From positions 18,265 through 82,264 of the forward strand of contig JABMOI010000035.1 of the NCBI GenBank assembly GCA_013204185.1: a stretch of 64,000 bases of DNA, given 5' to 3'. The DNA comes from a bacterium. GTDB taxonomy: Bacteria > Bacteroidota > Rhodothermia > Rhodothermales > UBA10348. Shown piece by piece: positions 25,204 through 34,065 of this stretch (the stretch's first letter is position 1; every line of letters begins with the position of its first letter). The notes beneath the pieces are model-generated. The model saw only the letters and a list, made by a program, of their open reading frames with translations. It made no database searches and had not been told where the DNA came from. Both the position numbers and the translations under genes were made by a program.

Positions 25204-27129
25204 ATGTTGCGTAAGCTAAACATATCTTCTATTGTCGTCCTGATGGCCTTCGCATTGGCTTCCCTGTTTTTTGTGGTTGTTGCTCCTGTTGCCAATGGGC
25301 AAGCAGTCCAGAAGCTAATTAATTTTCAGCAGCCCTCTCGCTCTGTTGCAATGGATCTTGCTCCGTTTTTGAGCGACAGCAAAAAGCCTAAGGTGGCACT
25401 CTTTCGGTCGCGTCAAACGCGGAACTACGTTACAAACGATACCTTGATGGTAGGCGATGCCGTCTACTATTGGGAATTGTTGCTTTTGGGGCTTCGCGTT
25501 CCATTTAGAATGATTGATGAGCGCGATATCAATGGCGGGATCGACAACGATTTCACAGTCGTCATAATGCCCGCTACAGAAGCACTTTCCTCGCGTCAGA
25601 AGCGGCGCGTTCGAGATTATGTCCGCAAGGGTGGGGGCCTCATTGCGTCTGGCCGATTCGGCTACTTCGATGAAGAAGGAAACACAGACGACGGGACGTT
25701 CTTTAGCGATCTCTTTGGGGCAGAACAACTTACAGATATTCCAGCACAGCGATACGGATTCCTCCAAAGTCTTGACGGCAATACGCCGCTTGCGAACGGG
25801 ATCCCGATGGGATATCACCTAAATATTGCAGCCCAAACCCCGCTGACTGTGGCTCGGGTAACCGACGGCACTTCGGCCGGTCGGTTTATCACCTACGACC
25901 CAAAGGATCAAAGCAAATTTGACGGATACACAACAATCTTGTATCGCGAGTACGACAAAGGGAGAGCCGTATGGATGCGATTCAATCCTCAAGATGTATC
26001 TAGAGAAAAAGAGCCACAGGAAAACTATCAGCGTCTGATCGTAAATGCTCTTGGAGAGCTAGCTCGGACAACGTCTGTAGCTTTTTCGCCCTGGCCAGAT
26101 GCAAAACCTGCAGCGTTTAGCGTGGCGGCCATGGCAGCTGCTGGGTTCGATCCCCAAACTTATTTGGAAGGATTGACGAAAATGCTAGATATCTTGGAGA
26201 CCCAGCAAATTCCAGGAAGCTTTTATTTGGCGTCTTCCGAGGTTCATGCGTTTCAAGATCAGATGGTTCGGATGAATCAGTTGGGCGAGATTGGCCTCAC
26301 CGCCGAGAACGACTTTGTGTTGTTTGGGCAGCCAATGGAAGTCCAGCGTGACCGCATTTTGACGGCCCGTCAACAACTAGGCGTGCAGGAAATACACGGA
26401 GTGTATCCGCCAGCCGGCTTTTTTGATGGGAATACTATCCGCGCCATGGAAGACATCGGAGGGGACTACTTATTGCTTCCCTCGCAGCCAAGTATGGCTC
26501 CCGGTGTCATTGACTGGTGGGCGAAGGTCGACTATCGTGAGCGACTAGACCTAGAAGACCTACTGCCACCGGAAGAAGAAGCCATGCCGCTTTTCATCCC
26601 GGGTCAAGAAGGCGTTCCAACTACTCCCATGACCACGGAAGCTATCAAGAATTTGCCTGACCCGCTTTCCATTATCCCTGTTTCAGAAGGGTTGGCTAAG
26701 ACATTTATGAAGTCCTACGAGATCACTCGAAGGGCTCGTGGATATTACGTCCTGCCTTATTACCCTGAAACGTACGCGGCCAGATCGCTTCAGGCAGCAG
26801 ATTTTGAAGCCACTATTGCTCAGGCTAAAAGGGAAGGGGCATGGATTGTCCCCGTTTCAGATGTGCTCACATGGTGGCGCAAACGCGACCAGATTCGTCC
26901 GGTTATTGCCGCTCTAGGCAAAGACGAAATGCATCTAGACCTGATCAACGATTCGGAAACACCTATTAGCCGTGTCGTATTGGAAATCCGCGGAGATCGC
27001 GATCAGTACAAGAAATTGAAGATAGCGGGCGGAGAAGGAAAGGTAGTTTGGGTTGAAGAAACCGAAACGACAATGGTATTCCTGCCAGAGATGGCGGTCG
27101 GTGTAAATCGGGTTACGTTAACCTGGTAG
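25204..27129 (+). CDS. EPS locus gene F: secreted paralog of gene E (alpha/beta domain + degenerate NodB/CE4-like core + beta-sandwich)
   Basis: 641 aa. Signal peptide ending PVANGQA. NDFTVVIMPATEALSSRQKRRVRDYVRKGGGLIAS aligns to gene E. CE4-like AAFSVAAMAAAG...LDILETQQIPGSFYLASSE...GVYPPAGFFDGNTIRAMEDIGGDY. Shared WWRxKR motif before the last domain. 3-nt gap from gene E. Confidence 0.55.
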   Translation: MLRKLNISSIVVLMAFALASLFFVVVAPVANGQAVQKLINFQQPSRSVAMDLAPFLSDSKKPKVALFRSRQTRNYVTNDTLMVGDAVYYWELLLLGLRVPFRMIDERDINGGIDNDFTVVIMPATEALSSRQKRRVRDYVRKGGGLIASGRFGYFDEEGNTDDGTFFSDLFGAEQLTDIPAQRYGFLQSLDGNTPLANGIPMGYHLNIAAQTPLTVARVTDGTSAGRFITYDPKDQSKFDGYTTILYREYDKGRAVWMRFNPQDVSREKEPQENYQRLIVNALGELARTTSVAFSPWPDAKPAAFSVAAMAAAGFDPQTYLEGLTKMLDILETQQIPGSFYLASSEVHAFQDQMVRMNQLGEIGLTAENDFVLFGQPMEVQRDRILTARQQLGVQEIHGVYPPAGFFDGNTIRAMEDIGGDYLLLPSQPSMAPGVIDWWAKVDYRERLDLEDLLPPEEEAMPLFIPGQEGVPTTPMTTEAIKNLPDPLSIIPVSEGLAKTFMKSYEITRRARGYYVLPYYPETYAARSLQAADFEATIAQAKREGAWIVPVSDVLTWWRKRDQIRPVIAALGKDEMHLDLINDSETPISRVVLEIRGDRDQYKKLKIAGGEGKVVWVEETETTMVFLPEMAVGVNRVTLTW

Positions 27130-27170
27130 TAAAGCGATCTTCAGCCAAGCGGCCTCGTGCGCTGGCGCAG

Positions 27171-27950
27171 CTACCGAAAGGGTCTCTGTTTTCTAAGCAT
27201 TCCAACCAAGTCGTCGGTGCCTATAGGCCCATGGTGATACAGGAACGGCTCTCCGAAGGTAGCGCCAATCCGATAGCCGTATTTCTTTGCTCGTGCGTCG
27301 TACCATTCCATGAATGCTGGATTGGATACAAAAGTCTCCGGTTCGTCTTCTCCCGGTCGGTAACTCGGATTGAACACCTGAGACGCATACGCTTGCACCG
27401 ATTTCTTGCGCACGTCCCACGTTTTTGACACATCCACGACCAGGGTGGGTGTAAACTCTATGCTTTGCATGTAGTGCAGAACATGATGTGGGCGCCAGGT
27501 CGCTTGCGGCAAGCCATCTTCGCCTACGGTCTCAATTTTCGACAGTCCGGACTGAAAAACAGCATCCAAAATCAGCCTAGCGCTTGCCGGATGATCCGGA
27601 TGACGGCACTCGAGGGCTGGAACAAGAATAAAATCTGGCCTGGCGTGTCGAAGCTCACGAATAACCTTGACCCGATTTTCAGGCGTGTTTTCAATATTTC
27701 CGTCCTGAAGTCGCAGATTGACGCGTCTCGATGCACCCAAAATGCGCCCCGCTTCAATCGCTTCCTTATCCCGCAGTTCGGGAGTACCACGGGATCCCAA
27801 CTCCCCACGGGTAATGTCCACGATGCCAACACGATATCCATCGGCGACCATTTGGGCTAAAGTGCCTCCAGCGCCCAGTTCCACATCGTCTGGATGCGAA
27901 CCGAAGGCTAGTACGTCGAATTTGTTCACGTTTTTCATTGCAGACTCCAT
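27171..27950 (-). CDS. bshB1: PIG-L/LmbE-family N-acetylglucosaminyl deacetylase, probable bacillithiol biosynthesis deacetylase
   Basis: 259 aa. FGSHPDDVELGAGGT motif and HPDH downstream. bshC lies 2.7 kb away on the same strand. Confidence 0.75.
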   Translation of the reverse strand: MESAMKNVNKFDVLAFGSHPDDVELGAGGTLAQMVADGYRVGIVDITRGELGSRGTPELRDKEAIEAGRILGASRRVNLRLQDGNIENTPENRVKVIRELRHARPDFILVPALECRHPDHPASARLILDAVFQSGLSKIETVGEDGLPQATWRPHHVLHYMQSIEFTPTLVVDVSKTWDVRKKSVQAYASQVFNPSYRPGEDEPETFVSNPAFMEWYDARAKKYGYRIGATFGEPFLYHHGPIGTDDLVGMLRKQRPFR

Positions 27951-27957
27951 TGCAGCA

Positions 27958-30663
27958 CTAACCTACAACAATGTTTACTAGACGTCCAGGCACGTAGATC
28001 TCGCGTTGGATCGATACACCTTCCAGGTATCGAGCTACGTTTTCGTCCGATTTACTTGCTTCCAAAATGGCCTCTTTAGATGCGTCCGTTGGCACATTGA
28101 TGGTTGAACGAACCTTTCCATTTACCTGAACCACCAGCTTTATGGTGTCCTCAACCAGCCATTTTTCTTCGGCGACGGGCCACGGAGCATAGGCGAGCGA
28201 CTCGGAATGACCCATGCGCTGCCATAATTCCTCGGCCAAGTGAGGCGCGAGCGGAGCTAGCATCAACACAAACGGCTCAGCTACGGCCCGAGGAATGGTA
28301 TCCTCTGCAACGAATTCAGCGATGAACTCGATAAGCGCTGCAATCGCCGTATTGAACGACATACGCTCCATATCGGTTGTCATGCGCACAATGGTTTTGT
28401 GCAATATGCGCAACTGAGCATCTGTGGGCTCGCTATCGGAAACCAAGATGGCGCCCGATTCTTCGTCCACAAAATTTCTCCACACACGACGTAGAAACCG
28501 ATTTACACCAACAATGTCGCGAGTATTCCAGGGTTTCGAGGCCTCAAGGGGCCCCATGTACATTTCGTACAGGCGAAGCGTGTCGCAGCCGTACTTTTCG
28601 TTGACCTCGTCAGGGCTCACGGCATTCTTTAGGCTTTTGCCCATCTTGCCGTACTCCTGCGTCACAGGCTGGCCTTTATAGAAGAACTTCCGACCGGGCT
28701 GGTCTTGTACTTCCATGGCGGGCTTGCCGTCCTGATCTACTGTTTCGGTTGCTTCCACCGCGATTCCGCGTTCGTCCCGATAGGCGTACGCTTGGATGTA
28801 TCCCTGATTAAAGAGCCGGCCAAAGGGCTCAATCGTGGAAACGTATCCCAGGTCAAATAGCACCTTATGCCAGAAGCGAGCATAGAGAAGGTGCAACACG
28901 GCATGCTCCACGCCACCAATGTAGAGGTCTACGCCATTTGGCCCCATCCAATAGTTTTCCTTTTCGGATTGGGCAAATGAGACTTCGTTTTTATTGTCGA
29001 TAAATCGAAGGTAGTACCAGCACGATCCCGCCCATTGCGGCATGGTATTGAGTTCGCGCTCATATCGTTTGCCATCTATCTCAACGATTCGCCATTCCTC
29101 TGGAGCTCGGCTGAGCGGCGGTCTCGGGGGAGCGTTTGGATCGTCGGTGGCCGTTGGGCGAAAGTCTTCCATCGGAGGCAGGGCAACTGGCAGGTCTTTT
29201 TCCTCGACCGCCCGAACGCTTCCATCTTCGCCCCGAAGAATAGGAAAAGGTTCTCCCCAATACCGTTGGCGGCTAAACAACCAATCACGCAATTTGTAGT
29301 TGATTGTGCCTTGTCCGTGGCCTTCTGCTTCCAGCCACTCAATCATTTTGGCTTTTGCTTCCTTGATGGCAAGTCCATTTAGAAAGCCCGAGTTGATGGC
29401 TAAGCCATCTCCCGTAAATGCTTTTCCATCAAACCCTTCGGTAGGCTGGACGGTCCGAATAATGGGTAGGTCATAAACCTCGGCAAACGCCCAGTCCCGT
29501 TCGTCTTGAGCAGGAACGGCCATAATGGCTCCCGTTCCGTATCCGGCAAGCACGTAATCTGCAATCCAGATTGGAATCTGAGTGCCATTTACGGGATTGG
29601 TGGCATAGCCACCGGTAAAGACACCTGATTTCGTTTTTGAATCAGACATCCTGTCGATGTCTGTTTTCTCCGAGGTGGCCTTCCTATACGCTTTGACCTC
29701 AGCTTGATATTCTGGTGTCGTGATGGCATCAACCCACTCGTGTTCTGGAGCAAGCACCATGTAGGTAGCGCCAAATAGGGTATCTGGCCGGGTCGTAAAG
29801 ACTCTCAGTTTGCCTTCAAGGCCATTAACCGGAAAGTCAACGTGAGCACCCTCTGACCTTCCAACCCAGTTTCGCTGCATCATTTTAACCGGCTCGGGCC
29901 AGTCTACGCCGTCTAAATCGTCAGCTAGACGATCCGAATACGACGTGATACGCAACATCCACTGTTTTAGCGGACGGCGAAAGACAGGGTAATTACCTCG
30001 TTCACTACGACCTTCGTTCGTAACCTCTTCGTTTGCCAGCACCGTACCCAATTGAGGGCACCAGTTTACCGGCACCTCAGCCAAATAGGCTAAGCGGTGC
30101 TCAGCTAAAATTGCTTCGCGGTCTGTTTCAGATAGATTGGACCATCCTGCGTGCGTGCCTTCAAACTGGGTAACGAGCTCCTCGATGGGCCGAGCTTTGT
30201 CTAGATCGGAGTCGTAATAGGAGTTGAACAGCTTGAGGAAAATCCATTGCGTCCACTTGTAGTAGTCCACATCCGTTGTCGCCAGTTTGCGATCCCAATC
30301 GTAGCTCAATCCAATGGCTTTGAGCTGACGGAGCATGTTGTCAATATTGTTCTCCGTCGTGACCCTTGGATGCACTCCATGCTCAACTGCGAACTGCTCT
30401 GCCGGAAGTCCAAACGCATCAAACCCCATGGGGTGCAATACGTTAAAGCCTTTCATCCGCTTGTATCGGGAAACGATGTCAGTGGCAATGTACCCAAGAG
30501 GATGACCCACATGTAGCCCAATTCCACTCGGGTAGGGAAACATGTCGAGGACATAGTACTTGGGTTTGGACGTATCTACGTTTTCGGGAGTGCGAAACGT
30601 TTTTTGCGTTTCCCAGAACGATTGCCATTTTTGTTCAATGCTCTGGAAAGGGTAATCTGACAT
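27958..30663 (-). CDS. leuS: leucine--tRNA ligase
   Basis: 901 aa. HIGH motif (HVGHPLGY), KMSKS motif (KMGKSLKN), CP1 editing domain region. Confidence 0.98.
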   Translation of the reverse strand: MSDYPFQSIEQKWQSFWETQKTFRTPENVDTSKPKYYVLDMFPYPSGIGLHVGHPLGYIATDIVSRYKRMKGFNVLHPMGFDAFGLPAEQFAVEHGVHPRVTTENNIDNMLRQLKAIGLSYDWDRKLATTDVDYYKWTQWIFLKLFNSYYDSDLDKARPIEELVTQFEGTHAGWSNLSETDREAILAEHRLAYLAEVPVNWCPQLGTVLANEEVTNEGRSERGNYPVFRRPLKQWMLRITSYSDRLADDLDGVDWPEPVKMMQRNWVGRSEGAHVDFPVNGLEGKLRVFTTRPDTLFGATYMVLAPEHEWVDAITTPEYQAEVKAYRKATSEKTDIDRMSDSKTKSGVFTGGYATNPVNGTQIPIWIADYVLAGYGTGAIMAVPAQDERDWAFAEVYDLPIIRTVQPTEGFDGKAFTGDGLAINSGFLNGLAIKEAKAKMIEWLEAEGHGQGTINYKLRDWLFSRQRYWGEPFPILRGEDGSVRAVEEKDLPVALPPMEDFRPTATDDPNAPPRPPLSRAPEEWRIVEIDGKRYERELNTMPQWAGSCWYYLRFIDNKNEVSFAQSEKENYWMGPNGVDLYIGGVEHAVLHLLYARFWHKVLFDLGYVSTIEPFGRLFNQGYIQAYAYRDERGIAVEATETVDQDGKPAMEVQDQPGRKFFYKGQPVTQEYGKMGKSLKNAVSPDEVNEKYGCDTLRLYEMYMGPLEASKPWNTRDIVGVNRFLRRVWRNFVDEESGAILVSDSEPTDAQLRILHKTIVRMTTDMERMSFNTAIAALIEFIAEFVAEDTIPRAVAEPFVLMLAPLAPHLAEELWQRMGHSESLAYAPWPVAEEKWLVEDTIKLVVQVNGKVRSTINVPTDASKEAILEASKSDENVARYLEGVSIQREIYVPGRLVNIVVG

Positions 30664-30667
30664 GGAT

Positions 30668-32281
30668 TTAGGGCTCGATAACCTGGTGCGAGGTCGTGTC
30701 CAGGTCTAACGTGTTGATCAATGTTTGGCCAAATGCAGGCCCGTATTTATTCAGGAAATATAGGGGAGAAAGCGCCCGTTCCTGAGGAATTTCAAATGGA
30801 AAAAGGTTTGAAGACGCTCTGTACAATTGGCCTTTGACCACGTCCTGCTGCTGCCGTTCGGCTTTCAGCACCCGATCCTTCAATCGATTCCACTCCTTCA
30901 TCATCTCATTGCGCAATGCATCACTCGATTTGACCAACGAGCGATCCACCTGTTCTACGACCGGCTTAATCTCGTTAATAGCTTTGTGCAGGTGGGTCGA
31001 AGAGGCTTTGAATGCACCTTCAACGTCCACATCAGATGTGTCAATCACAATTTGACTAAATAGGCGGTCAAACTGCTCAGCAAACGCAGGCACGGACAAA
31101 GAGAACTTGTCGACAATCTTGTCGATTCGTTTCTCCATGATGGTCGCACTGGCTCGCGGATAAATGATGGGCATTTGAAGACCAGCCCACGCGTAAAGTG
31201 ACTTGAACTGAGCAAAATAAGCTACTTCGCCCGGTCCAGCGACGTAAGCTGCTGTTGGCAGAACGGTGTCCTGCATGAGCGGCCGAAGCACCACGTTCGG
31301 ACTAAATTGACCTGGATCTTCTGAAAGCAACTGCTCCAACTGGCCGAGATTAAGATTCCTGCCGTCGCGCGTTGTAAATCCAGTTTCCGTTGCGTCGATT
31401 GCTACCCGGCCATTCTGACTGTGTAAAAACAGATTGGTTGGCTTTGTTTGAACCTGAACGTGATGTCCCTCCGGTAGCTTCTCACTCGTGGAAGAAAGCA
31501 GTTCGGAAGACGTGGCAAAGTCATTGAGTTCACGCTTGAACAGGTCACTGGAAAATGCTTTGAGTTTGGCATCGTCGGGAGAGACAAAAAGGACATTTCC
31601 CGCTCCTAGGTAGGCATTAATGACCGTTACGAAGGCTTGAAGCATCGTTCTGCCAGGCGCGTAGGCCTCGCGCACCAAGGCTACTAGGTCATCTTTGAAG
31701 TCCGTTGGCTGCAACACATCTTCTAGCGCCGAAAGCGCCTCTTCAATCTCAGGGGAGATAACCATTCTTCCAATGGCTTTCTTGGCTTCCGATCCATTTT
31801 GAGGGGCATACGTCACTTTTATGGGGTCGTCTCCTTGCAAAAACGCAGCCGATGCGATCTCTTCAAAATCGTGATCTTCCCCTTCGAGCCAAAAAACCGG
31901 AACCGCTGGGACTCCCAGTTCGCGCTCGTAGCGCGCTGCCAACTGAACGGCCGTAATGATCTTGAAGAGCGTATACAGGGGTCCTCCGTACAAGCCTAGC
32001 TGCTGTCCCGTAACAATTGCGACGCTCGCGGGATTGGCTAACTTTGCCAAAAGAGGCTCTGATTCCTCGCCAAGCCCGTAAAACTCAGCTTGGGTTCGGA
32101 TGGCATCAACCACGACGCTGCGGTCAGGATGGTTCTTCGCCACGGCTGAAGCAACCGACTTCAGGTCGTTGTCACTTCGGAAGTCTCCAGAGAAAAAGGG
32201 GGCTAACCGTTCGAAATGCTCTGTATAATCCTTAAAAAGGGCTGAAAAAGAGGAGAAAGAGGAGAAAGGAATGCGCTTCAA
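30668..32281 (-). CDS. bshC: bacillithiol biosynthesis cysteine-adding enzyme
   Basis: 537 aa, the typical BshC length. TGQQLGLYGGPLYTLFKIITAVQLA motif region and a coiled-coil C-terminus. Confidence 0.82.
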   Translation of the reverse strand: MKRIPFSSFSSFSALFKDYTEHFERLAPFFSGDFRSDNDLKSVASAVAKNHPDRSVVVDAIRTQAEFYGLGEESEPLLAKLANPASVAIVTGQQLGLYGGPLYTLFKIITAVQLAARYERELGVPAVPVFWLEGEDHDFEEIASAAFLQGDDPIKVTYAPQNGSEAKKAIGRMVISPEIEEALSALEDVLQPTDFKDDLVALVREAYAPGRTMLQAFVTVINAYLGAGNVLFVSPDDAKLKAFSSDLFKRELNDFATSSELLSSTSEKLPEGHHVQVQTKPTNLFLHSQNGRVAIDATETGFTTRDGRNLNLGQLEQLLSEDPGQFSPNVVLRPLMQDTVLPTAAYVAGPGEVAYFAQFKSLYAWAGLQMPIIYPRASATIMEKRIDKIVDKFSLSVPAFAEQFDRLFSQIVIDTSDVDVEGAFKASSTHLHKAINEIKPVVEQVDRSLVKSSDALRNEMMKEWNRLKDRVLKAERQQQDVVKGQLYRASSNLFPFEIPQERALSPLYFLNKYGPAFGQTLINTLDLDTTSHQVIEP

Positions 32282-32294
32282 AAGAAATGTCCGG

Positions 32295-32915
32295 TCAGTT
32301 TTTTTCGCCTTTCAAACGGGAGATGTCATCCCGAAGCCGAGCCGCAAGCTCGTAATCTTCTTCGGTGATGGCCGTTTGGAGGTCGTCTTCAAGTTGTTCT
32401 AATTGGCTCTTTGGTGTCGTATCAGCCGATTGTGTTTCAACCTCAGGTTCTGATCGTTCTACAGATGCGAGGTCTTCCGAATCGTCGGTTGGTATTCCCG
32501 CTTCATCAATCACATGAACAGCCACGTAAATGGGCGCAGTCATGCGAACTGCAAGGGCTACGGCGTCGCTCGGCCTGCAGTCCAATTGCGATTCAGTGCC
32601 GTTAACTGAAAAGCGTATTTTCGCAAAAAAAGTGCCTTCCTTTAGCTCATCAATCAGGATATCGGTTACATCAGCAGATACCTGCTTGAATAGATCCCGA
32701 ATCAAATCGTGGGTCATTGGGCGGGGGGGCTGGATTTTCTCCAACTCCAACGCAATGGCTTGGGCTTCAAAGGCGCCAATGATGATGGGCAGTCTGCGGT
32801 TTCCATTCACTTCTCCCAAGACCAATGCATAGGCACCGCCACTGGATGGGCTAGTCGACAAACCGATAATATCTACTTGGACAAAATCCATGAAAAGAAT
32901 GAGCTTCTGAGTCAA
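32295..32915 (-). CDS. bifunctional nuclease (BFN/DUF151) with C-terminal UVR motif
   Basis: 206 aa. PIIIGAFEAQAIALELE...RPMTHDL core. C-terminal EEDYELAARLRDDISRLK (UvrB/C-type helix). Confidence 0.78.
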   Translation of the reverse strand: MTQKLILFMDFVQVDIIGLSTSPSSGGAYALVLGEVNGNRRLPIIIGAFEAQAIALELEKIQPPRPMTHDLIRDLFKQVSADVTDILIDELKEGTFFAKIRFSVNGTESQLDCRPSDAVALAVRMTAPIYVAVHVIDEAGIPTDDSEDLASVERSEPEVETQSADTTPKSQLEQLEDDLQTAITEEDYELAARLRDDISRLKGEKN

Positions 32916-32938
32916 TAAAATGGAAGCGGAGAGGTCCG

Positions 32939-34054
32939 CTAGGAGAGAAGTACCGAGTCCAACGCGTTCAAAAAGGCCTGGTTCTCAGCCTCAGTCCCAC
33001 TGGTTACGCGAAGATACCCTTTTAATTCGGGGTATCCCCCCATATTCCGAACCAGCGTGCCTCTGTCGGCCAAATCGTTCAGGAATTGAACAGGGTCTCG
33101 ATCTGCCTTAAACAACACAAAATTTGTTTGGGATGGAAGTACGTCTAACGCCAGTCTGGATTGCAGTTCAGCCGTAAGCGATCGGGTGTTGCTAAGAATG
33201 ATTTCTATTTGATCTGCAATCAACTGATCGTTGCTGAGTAGGGACAAGGCCACATGTTCTGACAAGCGGTCGACCATGAAGGGAAGGCGCGATTTCATCA
33301 TTTCCGTGATCAAAGCGGGCTGCGCAACCATATACCCTAAGCGCAAGCCTGCCAATCCAAATGCCTTTGAGAGCGTTCTCAGAACGATTACATTCGGATG
33401 TGTGGAAATCAGACCCACGGCAGACTCGCCGGGATTAAACTCGTGGTAGGCTTCATCTACTACAACAAAACCTGGGGCGGCTTCAACAATGCGTTTGACA
33501 TCATCAAACTGCATGGCCAGCCCCGTCGGATTGTTGGGCGTCGTTATAATAACCAAAGGGGGCTGATGCGTTTTTATTGCAGACAAGATGCCTTCGACAT
33601 CAAACTGAAGGTCTGCCTTCGGCGCAATTCCTATGGGTTGTCCCCCGTGGAGGTTAATCATGGACTCGTAGAGCGCAAACATGGGCCGAGGTACTACGAC
33701 CGGGTCTCCGGAATGGATGAAACACATCCCAAGTGTGTAGGTCAATTCGTTGGAGCCGTTGCCTACCAGGACACTACCGTGCTCAACGCCCAGATTAGAT
33801 TCTAAGGCTGCCATCAACTGTGATGGTTGTTCAGCTGGGTACCGATTGAATTGGACGTTTAAAAACGAATCCAATAACTCTTTCTTTAGCTCGGAAGGGA
33901 TATCGAATGGGCTCTCGTTCTGATTGAGCTTCACCGGGACGGGACGCGCTCCAGGAACGATATAGGGGTGCTGAGACCGAACTTCAGTTCGAATCAAAGA
34001 AAGGAGGGATTCAGGAAGAGGTTTCGACATTCGAACGTGGACCACGAGGTCCAA
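32939..34054 (-). CDS. hisC: histidinol-phosphate aminotransferase
   Basis: 371 aa. NQNESP, TPNNPTG, PLP-lysine context RTLSKAFGLAGLRLGY. The start may be the internal MSKPLPES. Confidence 0.85.
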   Translation of the reverse strand: MDLVVHVRMSKPLPESLLSLIRTEVRSQHPYIVPGARPVPVKLNQNESPFDIPSELKKELLDSFLNVQFNRYPAEQPSQLMAALESNLGVEHGSVLVGNGSNELTYTLGMCFIHSGDPVVVPRPMFALYESMINLHGGQPIGIAPKADLQFDVEGILSAIKTHQPPLVIITTPNNPTGLAMQFDDVKRIVEAAPGFVVVDEAYHEFNPGESAVGLISTHPNVIVLRTLSKAFGLAGLRLGYMVAQPALITEMMKSRLPFMVDRLSEHVALSLLSNDQLIADQIEIILSNTRSLTAELQSRLALDVLPSQTNFVLFKADRDPVQFLNDLADRGTLVRNMGGYPELKGYLRVTSGTEAENQAFLNALDSVLLS

Positions 34055-34065
34055 GAAAGGGGAAA

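Noticed and set aside
25315-25818. 167-aa minus-strand ORF inside gene F
   Set aside because: It is antisense to a coding frame that has a clear paralog (gene E). It has no motifs and is a shadow ORF.
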